A DNA stretch of 64,000 bases from Bacteriovoracia bacterium (GTDB lineage Bacteria > Bdellovibrionota > UBA1018 > JBFWNL01): the NCBI GenBank assembly GCA_050251055.1, contig JBFWNL010000002.1, positions 224,001 through 288,000 of the forward strand, in the 5' to 3' direction. A program made the translations under genes and the position numbers. Under the pieces are notes generated by a model. That model ran no database searches, was not told the DNA's origin, and saw nothing but the letters and a program-made list of their open reading frames with translations. Positions 10,074 through 18,646 of this stretch are shown piece after piece. Position 1 is the stretch's first letter, and the number at the start of each line of letters is the position of its first letter.

Positions 10074-11231
10074 ATGTTGACCCACGTTCTCAACCGCAAA
10101 CAAGTACGCGCCATCGTCGGAGCCTTAGTACCGGTATTCATGTCCGGATGCTTCTCGGACTGCAAAATGCTCATCCAGCCGCCGAACAAATCCTTCTACC
10201 CGATGGTGGAGTCGGTACCGGCGCCGGTGGGCCAAGGAGATCCGCTCGCCAGCGAGCAGTGGAGCATCGCCAAGCTCGGCCTCACTCAAGCATGGACCCA
10301 AAGCCAAGGATCTCATCGGATCCGCGTGGCGCTGATCGGCACTGGAGTGGATTACAATCATCCCGATCTACGGGCAAACATTGCGATCAACTCGGAGGAA
10401 GCCGTCCTGCGGAAACCGGGCGTGATCACGCCGGCGGACGGGATCGACAACGATGGCAACGGATATATCGACGACGTGGTCGGCTACGATGTGGTCGATG
10501 ACCATGGATTTCCCTACGACAGTCTCGGCACCGGCACCGCCGCCGCGGGCGTCATCGCGGCTGTTCATGGCAATGGTCTCGGCATCCGAGGCATCGCCCC
10601 CAAAGTCTCGCTGATCCCCGTCCGCTACATCGGCCCCAATGGCCAAACGAAGGTTCCGAACCTCGTACGCGCCTTGAACTACGCGCACGCGGTACGTCCC
10701 GACGTGGTCTACCTGCACGTAGCCAATATCCAATGGAGCGAAGAAAAAGAGGCCGTCGTGAAGACTGAACAAGCCGCGCTTAAGGCCGCGCTCACCCAGC
10801 TTCGTACGATCAACGTCCCGGTCGTGGTAAGCGCCGGCAACTCGGGCGTCGACCTTGGAAAATTCAGGACCTTGATCCGGGAGTTCGCCGAGTTCGACAA
10901 CGTGGTCGTGGTCACCTCGGTCGGCGAAACCGACGGGAAGCCCACCATCGCTAACTTCGGACAGAGCGTGCATTTGGCCGCACCGGGCGAACAAGTGATC
11001 ACCACCCTACCCGGTGGTGCATACGGTAAACAAAGCGGCACCTCGATCGCGGCCGCCCACGTAGCGGGCACCCTTGCGCTAGCTTTGGCGGATCACCATG
11101 GCCAGTACACGACCCAGCAGCTGCTCCAGAAGCTAACGAGCGAAGCCGGAGCCGATTCCGTGGCGGGGCTCGAAGGCCTCACCCTAGGCGGGGCTCGACT
11201 GAACGTAGCGAAGTTTCTCGGGGCGCTCTAG
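10074..11231 (+). CDS. S8 subtilase paralogue with a degenerate catalytic triad (pseudopeptidase, lipoprotein)
   Basis: VALIGTGVD (Asp to Gly), DSLGTGTAAAG (His to Thr), GTSIAAAHV; lipobox FMSGC; ATG 2 nt after the upstream stop. Confidence 0.88.
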   Translation: MLTHVLNRKQVRAIVGALVPVFMSGCFSDCKMLIQPPNKSFYPMVESVPAPVGQGDPLASEQWSIAKLGLTQAWTQSQGSHRIRVALIGTGVDYNHPDLRANIAINSEEAVLRKPGVITPADGIDNDGNGYIDDVVGYDVVDDHGFPYDSLGTGTAAAGVIAAVHGNGLGIRGIAPKVSLIPVRYIGPNGQTKVPNLVRALNYAHAVRPDVVYLHVANIQWSEEKEAVVKTEQAALKAALTQLRTINVPVVVSAGNSGVDLGKFRTLIREFAEFDNVVVVTSVGETDGKPTIANFGQSVHLAAPGEQVITTLPGGAYGKQSGTSIAAAHVAGTLALALADHHGQYTTQQLLQKLTSEAGADSVAGLEGLTLGGARLNVAKFLGAL

Positions 11232-11262
11232 GCGGAAGCGGATCGGGCGAGCACTCGCTCGA

Positions 11263-11949
11263 CTATTCCAGCACCCACGTAAGACGCACGAGGGTGATCT
11301 GTGGAGTCACTAGCCGCGCTAGCCGACCCATCGATTCGGCCGAATCCGTGTATAGGTCCGCCGAGTTGTCGGAGTTAGCGCCCGTAGCGCTATCTTCCAG
11401 GTAAAGGCTCCCGGAAGCCACGAGCGGGATCTGCGCGCCCAAATCGAATCCCAGATAGAGCCTCTCTCCGACCTTAAAGCTCCCACCAACGGCGAGCGTG
11501 AACACCAAGCTCTTGAGATTGATCGAACCGCTCGTCGCCAAGGGCTGATCGTCGATCTTAAAGGAAGAAACGTCGGCCGAAAGCGCAAAAAAACGATAAC
11601 CTAGCGACGCACTCGTAAAAAACCAGTCTTGCCAAGGAAAGTAACGAACGCCGGCATGGAGGGAAAATGCCCGTACGGATTTCGATCCCAATGGGATGTA
11701 TGCAAATCCGGTCTCGGCGTAAGGGCGCCAAGGCTGCAAAGGACGCCAAAGCTCGATGCCGACGATCAAGGGCTGGGGTAAGTTTACTCCCGCCACCGGC
11801 GAATACCGCCAATGTTCGGCGTGGCCCACCGGCGCGGCCTCGGCGATCGCGGCGGGAGGCGACTCTTCCCCGCCCGCGGCCCCAGGCATCACCATGGCAC
11901 CTACGATAAGGGCTAAGATTGCGACACGGCTAAGGGGCGAGGTACACAT
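11263..11949 (-). CDS. Putative outer-membrane beta-barrel protein
   Basis: Signal peptide; alternating amphipathic strands (GVRYFPW, LYLGFDLGAQIP); C-terminal aromatic strand. Start uncertain. Confidence 0.65.
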   Translation of the reverse strand: MCTSPLSRVAILALIVGAMVMPGAAGGEESPPAAIAEAAPVGHAEHWRYSPVAGVNLPQPLIVGIELWRPLQPWRPYAETGFAYIPLGSKSVRAFSLHAGVRYFPWQDWFFTSASLGYRFFALSADVSSFKIDDQPLATSGSINLKSLVFTLAVGGSFKVGERLYLGFDLGAQIPLVASGSLYLEDSATGANSDNSADLYTDSAESMGRLARLVTPQITLVRLTWVLE

Positions 11950-13351
11950 GGTTGGATACAATCCAGCGGAATTCGCGCTCGGCCTGATCCGGCGCCTCGA
12001 TGAACTTGGCGAGCTGCCTCGGACGGATGAAGATCTCCACCCGATAGGCGCCCGCCGTGGAAGTCGTATAGGAAATATTTCCGCCGACGCCGAAACCACT
12101 CGAGCGCGCGACCACCTCGTCGGCACCGTTGGCGAGCACCCGCTTTAGCTCGGTACGCACCTCCGGATCCACGCCCATACCCGCTCCGGGGCTACTGGTA
12201 TGCAGGGTCGGCGTCGTCACCGTGAAAGTCGCGGAGTTCGCGCCCAAGGTACCCGTCTCGCCCATGCCGTAAGTCGTCCCGCCCGTCACCGCGTAAAAAT
12301 CGAGTCCCACGGGGGATCCAAAGCCTTCAAATACCAACCAGCTACGACCCGTGCGCAGTGCCTGCTTTACCTCCGGTACGGTCGCGGCCCCCACCACGAC
12401 GTGGTTGGACATGAAGCGAGTCAAGCGGCGATGCGACTCCAGCCGCTCGCCATCGGCCGCTTTCTGGGGAAAAATATTCTCGTGCGAATCGCTCCCGCCC
12501 ACGCCCGTCAGCTTCAAGCCGCCGTGAATGAGCTCGTTCCATCGCGTGAAATAAATCGCGGGCGTTTCCACGAACTTCATGAACAAGAAATCCGCGTTGA
12601 GCGATTTATAGGGATCAAAGAGATATCCCAGGATCTTGGACATGTGCTCGAAAGGAGGCAGGCCAAGATCTTTCTTACGGATCTTGGGGTCCAGGTTCGC
12701 GTGCACGTTATAAATCTCGATCCCGTGTGGATTCACCGTTTGAATCGTCGAGACGGTGCGGCTCTCCGTATGCGGGACCATCACCACCGCTTCGGAGGTA
12801 TTCACTAGGTCGTCACGCAGCGCCTGCGTCTCAGCATTGTAGGCTTCCTCGCGCTGAGCGGCCGTGCCGGAAAGGTGCTTCACCATGCCCATGGCCAGCA
12901 ACCGCCCTTCGATTCCCACGGTCAGGTACGGACGAAAGCCATTGGCGCATCCGGCGAGGCGATTCGCATAGGTGTTCGCCGCCCCGTCGACCAACAACTC
13001 ATCGCCCGATGCCTGGAGCAACAGGCTGGCAAACTCGTAGGCGGCCATATGCGCCGGATGATCCGTGGCCAGGGCCACATCGATCCGGTTCTTACAAAGG
13101 GCTTCTCGTAGGTGAGTCAGGCATTCGACGCTCGGTACCCCATCGGTGAGCCCGACCTTGTCGCACGCGTCGTTGGAGTAAGGCGTGTGTAAATGGGTGA
13201 TCACGCGGGCGATGCGCTGGCCACGCGGCGAACCCAGCTCGGCGGCGTCTGGCAGTTCACTCGGATAGGTCGGACGCGTGCAACCCAAGGCAAAGCTGGC
13301 CAGCCCCAAAGCCGCCAAGAGCGAGGTTTTACGGATTGCCGAAACCGTCAT
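11930..13351 (-). CDS. PHP-fold (CehA/McbA-like) metallohydrolase lipoprotein
   Basis: HLHTPYSND, TDH, GIE, PH, EIYN and GSDSH metal-binding motifs; lipobox ALGC; ATGA overlap with the lptF-like stop. Confidence 0.8.
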   Translation of the reverse strand: MTVSAIRKTSLLAALGLASFALGCTRPTYPSELPDAAELGSPRGQRIARVITHLHTPYSNDACDKVGLTDGVPSVECLTHLREALCKNRIDVALATDHPAHMAAYEFASLLLQASGDELLVDGAANTYANRLAGCANGFRPYLTVGIEGRLLAMGMVKHLSGTAAQREEAYNAETQALRDDLVNTSEAVVMVPHTESRTVSTIQTVNPHGIEIYNVHANLDPKIRKKDLGLPPFEHMSKILGYLFDPYKSLNADFLFMKFVETPAIYFTRWNELIHGGLKLTGVGGSDSHENIFPQKAADGERLESHRRLTRFMSNHVVVGAATVPEVKQALRTGRSWLVFEGFGSPVGLDFYAVTGGTTYGMGETGTLGANSATFTVTTPTLHTSSPGAGMGVDPEVRTELKRVLANGADEVVARSSGFGVGGNISYTTSTAGAYRVEIFIRPRQLAKFIEAPDQAEREFRWIVSNHVYLAP

Positions 13352-14427
13352 TTCTGCACATTGCGCCAAAGCACGGCCGCCATCAAGCCCGTAATGACAT
13401 TGGGAATTTGTAGGGCTAACCATACGGGGAGGCTGCCTTTTTGGGCCATCCCGATCGATACGACAAGCGTCTCCCAGTAGATCAGACAAACCACGAGGCT
13501 AAAGATCGTGCCGACCTGCTTAGAGGACCGCACTCGCACCGTGCCGAGGCCAATCCCCAGAAAACAAAAGATCAGGGGGGAGAAGGAAGTGGAAACACGT
13601 TTCCAAAACTCCGTCACATAGTCACGCCGATCCATGCGCTCCAATAAGGTCTTAAGGGAGGCCGTGCGTGGAATGTCAGGGGTGGCAATCTCGCTAGAAC
13701 TCAGCTCCATAAATACGGAGTACTCGCTGAAGTCCATCCGCGAGGAGTTCTCGCTCCCCTCCCCAATCTGGTAGATGTTGCCCCGATACAGCTTCAACAG
13801 CGCCTGGTGGTTGAGCCCGTTATCCGAGATCGTCGACTGCATGTTGCCTCTTGGCGCCACCACTACAAACGGGTTTTTAGGGTCTCGGTCATCGAAGATG
13901 AAGACGCGATCCAGCGCCCGCGTGGTGGGATGCACCTTCTCGGTGAAGATCAGCATTCCGAAGAAATCCTTATTGAATGTGCCAGGCTGGATGGAACCGG
14001 CGATCTTACGGGCTTCGGCTTCGAAAATCGATTTCGTGAGCACCCGCTCTCCCAAAGGCGCGAGCTCCATGCCGATAATGAAAGCCGCCATCGAGAATGC
14101 CGAACCGATGAAAATCACGGGGCTGGCCACTTGCCAGGGGCTTAGGCCGCACGCCCGCATGGCGCCGATCTCCTGCTCCGTGGAAAGCCGGCCGAACGCC
14201 ACGATCACCGAAAGCAGGAACGCGACCGGTAGCACGAGACTGGAAAAGGAGATCAACAGACAGAACGCGATCTTCGCCACGATTTTAAGTGGCACTTGGT
14301 GCACGATGAGAAAATTAGAGAGTCTCAGGCTTTGAAAAACGAAGAAGGTAAAAAAAATGATCAACGCCGACGGAACGAAGAACTGGATCACTTCGGACAG
14401 GATGTAGGTTTGGTAGCGCTTGATCAA
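13348..14427 (-). CDS. LptF/LptG family permease
   Basis: LPVAFLLSVIVAFGRLSTEQEIGAMRACGLS signature; 3 TM + periplasmic domain + 3 TM layout. Confidence 0.9.
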   Translation of the reverse strand: MIKRYQTYILSEVIQFFVPSALIIFFTFFVFQSLRLSNFLIVHQVPLKIVAKIAFCLLISFSSLVLPVAFLLSVIVAFGRLSTEQEIGAMRACGLSPWQVASPVIFIGSAFSMAAFIIGMELAPLGERVLTKSIFEAEARKIAGSIQPGTFNKDFFGMLIFTEKVHPTTRALDRVFIFDDRDPKNPFVVVAPRGNMQSTISDNGLNHQALLKLYRGNIYQIGEGSENSSRMDFSEYSVFMELSSSEIATPDIPRTASLKTLLERMDRRDYVTEFWKRVSTSFSPLIFCFLGIGLGTVRVRSSKQVGTIFSLVVCLIYWETLVVSIGMAQKGSLPVWLALQIPNVITGLMAAVLWRNVQK

Positions 14428-14594
14428 TCAGCGAAAGTTTAACGTCCCGATGCTTTCAGTAGCAAACTGATTCCGATCCAGAGCGAAACGGCCCCGACCG
14501 AATTCTTCCGGGCCGAGCCCGCCCCAGCGCAGGCGCGCCGCATCATTCACTTGATCCGCCGAATTTCACGATGCTTTTACCGGTTTGCCGTGCT

Positions 14595-14609
14595 TGGCAC
14601 CTGGATTGC
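14595..14609 (+). promoter_or_regulatory. Sigma-54 (-24/-12) promoter
   Basis: TGGCAC-CTGGA-TTGC with exact GG-N10-GC spacing, about 70 nt upstream of the DUF4360 gene. Confidence 0.7.
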
Positions 14610-14677
14610 TCCACTCCCCTGCCAACGCGGTCTCGGAGAGTTCCTCCGGACCACCACTTGAGAGGGGATCTATCCAA

Positions 14678-15322
14678 ATGAAAACGAATCGAACGAACTG
14701 GCTTCGGAATGTCCACGTGTATCTATTTGGCCTAATCACCGGCGTCGCCGCCCTATCCGGGCAAAGCGGAATCGCGGCGGCCGACGACATCTACCTGGGG
14801 CTACCCGGCTATGGAGGTTCGGGATGTCCCCAAGGGTCGGCCTCGGCCACGCTCAGCCCCGATGCAAAAACGCTTAGTATCTTGTTTGACCAATATGTTG
14901 TCGAAGCGGGCCGGGGTACCGGGCGATCTTCGGCCCGTAAAACTTGCAACATCGCGATCCCTGTACACGTACCTCAAGGATTGAGCGTGAGCCTCATCGG
15001 GATCGACTACCGCGGGTTTAACGTGCTCCCGCGCGGATCATCGGCGCAGTTCGACGTCGATTACTTCTTCGCCGGTAGCGTCGGTCCCCGCGATCGCCGC
15101 CAGTTCGTCGGTCCCGTGGAAGACGATTATCTGATCACGAATAACCTCGCCGTCGGAGCGATCGCTTGGTCGCCTTGCGGCGCAGACGTCAATCTGCGCA
15201 TCAACACGGGTCTATTGGTACGGGCGGCCGGCACGAACGGCGCCCTGGCTTCCAGCTCCGTGGATAGCGCAGACGTCCAGGCGGGCCTGATCTACCACCT
15301 GCAATGGAGACAGTGCCGATAA
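14678..15322 (+). CDS. DUF4360 family secreted protein
   Basis: YGGSGCPQGS, SILFDQY, RKTCNI, DYRG, WSPCG and terminal LQWRQC motifs; signal peptide. Confidence 0.88.
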   Translation: MKTNRTNWLRNVHVYLFGLITGVAALSGQSGIAAADDIYLGLPGYGGSGCPQGSASATLSPDAKTLSILFDQYVVEAGRGTGRSSARKTCNIAIPVHVPQGLSVSLIGIDYRGFNVLPRGSSAQFDVDYFFAGSVGPRDRRQFVGPVEDDYLITNNLAVGAIAWSPCGADVNLRINTGLLVRAAGTNGALASSSVDSADVQAGLIYHLQWRQCR

Positions 15323-15407
15323 CTCACTTTAGACCATGATGAACGAGGTACCGGCCGGCTCGGAGTTTCCGAGTCGGCCGTGCCCATTTCCATGATTAGA
15401 GCGGCGA

Positions 15408-17465
15408 CTAGAGATCGACCTGAAATCCGTTGATCCAGGTTTGCGTGAAAGGTTGACCTGACGAGGCGTTCGATTCCACGGCGCCGATGTCACAAGCACC
15501 ACCTCCCGGACGAGAATTACCCCGCTGATCGACCGTAAGCGTGAGGTTTTGACTGATATTCGCCGGATCCATATAAACGCAAGCGGCGCCACCGTTATCG
15601 ATGGCCATAGACCCGCTGGCGGGTAAAAAAGTTGCGGTCCAGCCGCCATTGTCGTCCAGCGCGCTTAACGAAGAGGGAGTTGACGTGCGATCGGTTCCCG
15701 CACTCAGGCTACAGTCCGTGGCCGCCGTATCCGATAGATTGTACCCGTTGGAAACGATCAGGCCGGAGCTGGCAACGGCACAGTTCGCCGCGCTGCCCGC
15801 GATAATCGTCCCACGGACGTAGATACGACCAGTGGCTCCAGTGGCGTAGAGTGTACGCGAACCTGTGGTCAACCCTGCCGCGTTGTTGTTGCCATAAATT
15901 GTTGAGTAATCCACGTACACCGGCGCACTTGCGGTATAAATGGCTCCGCCATTGTTCTTCGCCGAGTTGGTCGTAAACGTGGAATTACGGACGAAAACGT
16001 TGTCGGCGGTAGAAAAAGCATAGATCGCACCACCTGACCCACCGTTCCCCGTCGCCAAGTTCCCGCTAAAAAGGGAACTATCGATTTCAACTTTCCCTTC
16101 GAGCACCACGATCGCGCCACCGCCTTCACCACCGCCAAGAGTGTTGGCCACCGCGGCGTTGTCCTTAAAAAGAGTTTGGGAGATCTTCACTGTAACCGCC
16201 CCGCCGCTAGGAGCCGTGCCGATCAGCAACGCCCCCGCAGAACCTTGGGCCCGATTGGATTCAAAGACTCCACCGCGAATATTCAGGGTACCGCTGTTAA
16301 AGTAAAGGGCGCCGCCGCGGTAGCCCACGGTCGTACCGCAAGTCAACGTTGCTTCCGTAAACGTACCGCACGCAAAGTTCTGAACGAAATGTACACCATT
16401 CAAATCGAGAATCGAAGTGATTGCGCCGTCCGCCATGATCGCGCCTCCAAAACTCGTAGATTCGTTGTTAGCGGTACCCGATGCGCGCCCTTTGGTCAGC
16501 GTCAGGTTCTGAAGTAATACGGAAATACCCCCGTCAATCTTGAAAACACGAGAATCAAAATCCGCGTCCACCACGCTCGTTGGGCGCTCCCCGGACAACT
16601 CCAGAACGCCACCCATCCCCAGGATGTTCACACTCTTCGAAAGCTGCAGTACGGTGCCTCCGAGTACGATATGGAGATTTTCCGGAATCACGATCATCGT
16701 CGGTCCGCCGGCGACCGTGTCGTGGGCATTCGCCATCCGCACAGCGGCTCGTAGACTGCAGCCGGCATTTCCCGCAGTCTGGCAGGCCGTGTCCGAGGCA
16801 CCCGCTAAGTCGTCCGCTATATCCACCCGCGCCCCGAAATAGACGGCCAGCTTCAACGCCCAGGACTCGTCCCCACTCGAGTTCGATGCTGTGATGGTGT
16901 AGGTCTTGCCCGCCGTGTACTGAGTAGCCGTTCCGGAGACAACACCCGATACGGGATCCAGGCTCAAACCAGACGGTAGCGCCGGATCGACCGAGAAGCT
17001 GAGGCCAATGCCCGTCACTTCGGGCTCCAAGTTGACGCTCTCGCCGATCAGCACAAACATCTCCTCTTCCGGATAGGAAAACCCGGATGGACGCGGCAAC
17101 ACCACCGCCAACGAGATCGTTTGACGGACCACGGCCCCAAACTCGCTAATCATGGAAATCAGGTAGTTCTGGGCGGCGGCGGCCGAGTGAGGCGTACCGG
17201 TAATCATTCCCGTCGCCGGATCAAAGTGCAGACCCGCGGGAAGCGCCGGAGAAATTTCGATGGAATAGGCTTTGGCCGAAAGGACGGGCAAAACGGAAAC
17301 CGAGTTCCCGACTTCGAATACGAAAGTGGAAGCCGGATAAGCGAGCGCCGACGCGGACGCCCGAGTATCTACGTCGTTCACAAGGTTGAGGCTGCACGCC
17401 TGCATCATCGCAAGCGCGATCACGAGAACAATCGGAGGACATGGTCTATCAATCCCAAAGGCCAT
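15408..17465 (-). CDS. Surface lipoprotein: putative Ig domains, CSLREA-like segment, Pmp-like beta-helix and choice-of-anchor-Q-like tail
   Basis: MMQAC lipobox-like; two LPxGLxxDPxxGxIxGT repeats; CSLRAA; GGAI/FxxN repeats; DNGG..T...DQRG...CDIGAVE. Confidence 0.85.
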   Translation of the reverse strand: MAFGIDRPCPPIVLVIALAMMQACSLNLVNDVDTRASASALAYPASTFVFEVGNSVSVLPVLSAKAYSIEISPALPAGLHFDPATGMITGTPHSAAAAQNYLISMISEFGAVVRQTISLAVVLPRPSGFSYPEEEMFVLIGESVNLEPEVTGIGLSFSVDPALPSGLSLDPVSGVVSGTATQYTAGKTYTITASNSSGDESWALKLAVYFGARVDIADDLAGASDTACQTAGNAGCSLRAAVRMANAHDTVAGGPTMIVIPENLHIVLGGTVLQLSKSVNILGMGGVLELSGERPTSVVDADFDSRVFKIDGGISVLLQNLTLTKGRASGTANNESTSFGGAIMADGAITSILDLNGVHFVQNFACGTFTEATLTCGTTVGYRGGALYFNSGTLNIRGGVFESNRAQGSAGALLIGTAPSGGAVTVKISQTLFKDNAAVANTLGGGEGGGAIVVLEGKVEIDSSLFSGNLATGNGGSGGAIYAFSTADNVFVRNSTFTTNSAKNNGGAIYTASAPVYVDYSTIYGNNNAAGLTTGSRTLYATGATGRIYVRGTIIAGSAANCAVASSGLIVSNGYNLSDTAATDCSLSAGTDRTSTPSSLSALDDNGGWTATFLPASGSMAIDNGGAACVYMDPANISQNLTLTVDQRGNSRPGGGACDIGAVESNASSGQPFTQTWINGFQVDL

Positions 17466-17905
17466 TGGTTACCCCGCTGACGTCCTACCCAAAAACGAAA
17501 ACCCCTCAAGCCCTATGATCTCATTTTTGACTATTTACATCAAGTACAAGAGGGGGTTATAAACCAATTCAATTCATATCTAACCATTTGAAATAAATAG
17601 ATTTTACCATTATCAAGAAAACTTTATGAAATTTTATTAACTATTTGGATTCACTATGATTCTCGGATGTGGGAGTTTTCGAGCACGCATTATTCGATCC
17701 CACCCTCCTCCAAAAACCAAAAAATACGAGCCGATTTGCGCCAAATTTTTCTAGACTGCCCACTCTCCCCACGTAAAAAAAACGCACGAGAATTTAAGAA
17801 AGCTTAACCACCCAGTCACGCACGCGTGTGCATTTCCTTCGGAAATCCCTGCGGATTTGCGTTTTTGGCGACATCGCCTCGCGACGATGCTATCTTCTTA
17901 AAAGA

Positions 17906-18637
17906 TTGACCCAAACAAATCACCGCATCCTCATAGTCGAAGACAATGCCGAAGTCCGCGAGCTAATCGCGGATGCCCTCCACGACGAGTTCATCGTCGA
18001 TGTCGCCGAAACCCTGGGCCATGCGGACGAAAAGCTCAGTCTGCACGCGATCGACTTGATCTTCCTGGATGTGAATTTGCCGGACGGCAACGGATTTCAG
18101 TACTGCTCGAAGATCCGTAATTCACCGACCACACGGGACATTCCCGTGATCTTTCTCACCGGCAACGTCGAAGTGCACGACAAGGTGCTAGGGTTTTCCA
18201 TTGGCGCGGACGACTACATAACGAAACCCTTCCACTTAGAAGAGCTCCGGATGCGCGCCCGCGCGCGCATCGGCCGCGCCCGAACCAGTGGGCCAACCGA
18301 AACTGTTTTGCAGGTGGGAAATCTCCGGCTCGATACCGAACGGCACCGCGCTGCCCTCAATGCGAACGGCCAAGAACTGACCTTGGATACCACGCCCATC
18401 GAATTCAAACTGCTCTTGCACTTCGCTAGACACGGAAAGAACGTCATTTCACGCGAAAATCTCATCGAATTCATATGGGATAAGAACACTTCCATTACCG
18501 AGCGCGCCATCGACACGCACCTCAGCAACCTGCGCAAGAAGGTAACCGCCTGGGATCATACGATCCTTTCCGTGCGTGGCGTGGGCTACAAGTTAGCCAG
18601 CAAAGCCAGCAGCTCGGAAAACCAAAATCCTACGTAA
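17906..18637 (+). CDS. OmpR-family response regulator (no adjacent kinase)
   Basis: ILIVED, LDVNLPDGNG, GADDYITKPF and winged-helix IDTHLSNLRKK...VRGVGY. TTG start inferred. Confidence 0.93.
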   Translation: MTQTNHRILIVEDNAEVRELIADALHDEFIVDVAETLGHADEKLSLHAIDLIFLDVNLPDGNGFQYCSKIRNSPTTRDIPVIFLTGNVEVHDKVLGFSIGADDYITKPFHLEELRMRARARIGRARTSGPTETVLQVGNLRLDTERHRAALNANGQELTLDTTPIEFKLLLHFARHGKNVISRENLIEFIWDKNTSITERAIDTHLSNLRKKVTAWDHTILSVRGVGYKLASKASSSENQNPT

Positions 18638-18646
18638 TCCTTAGAC

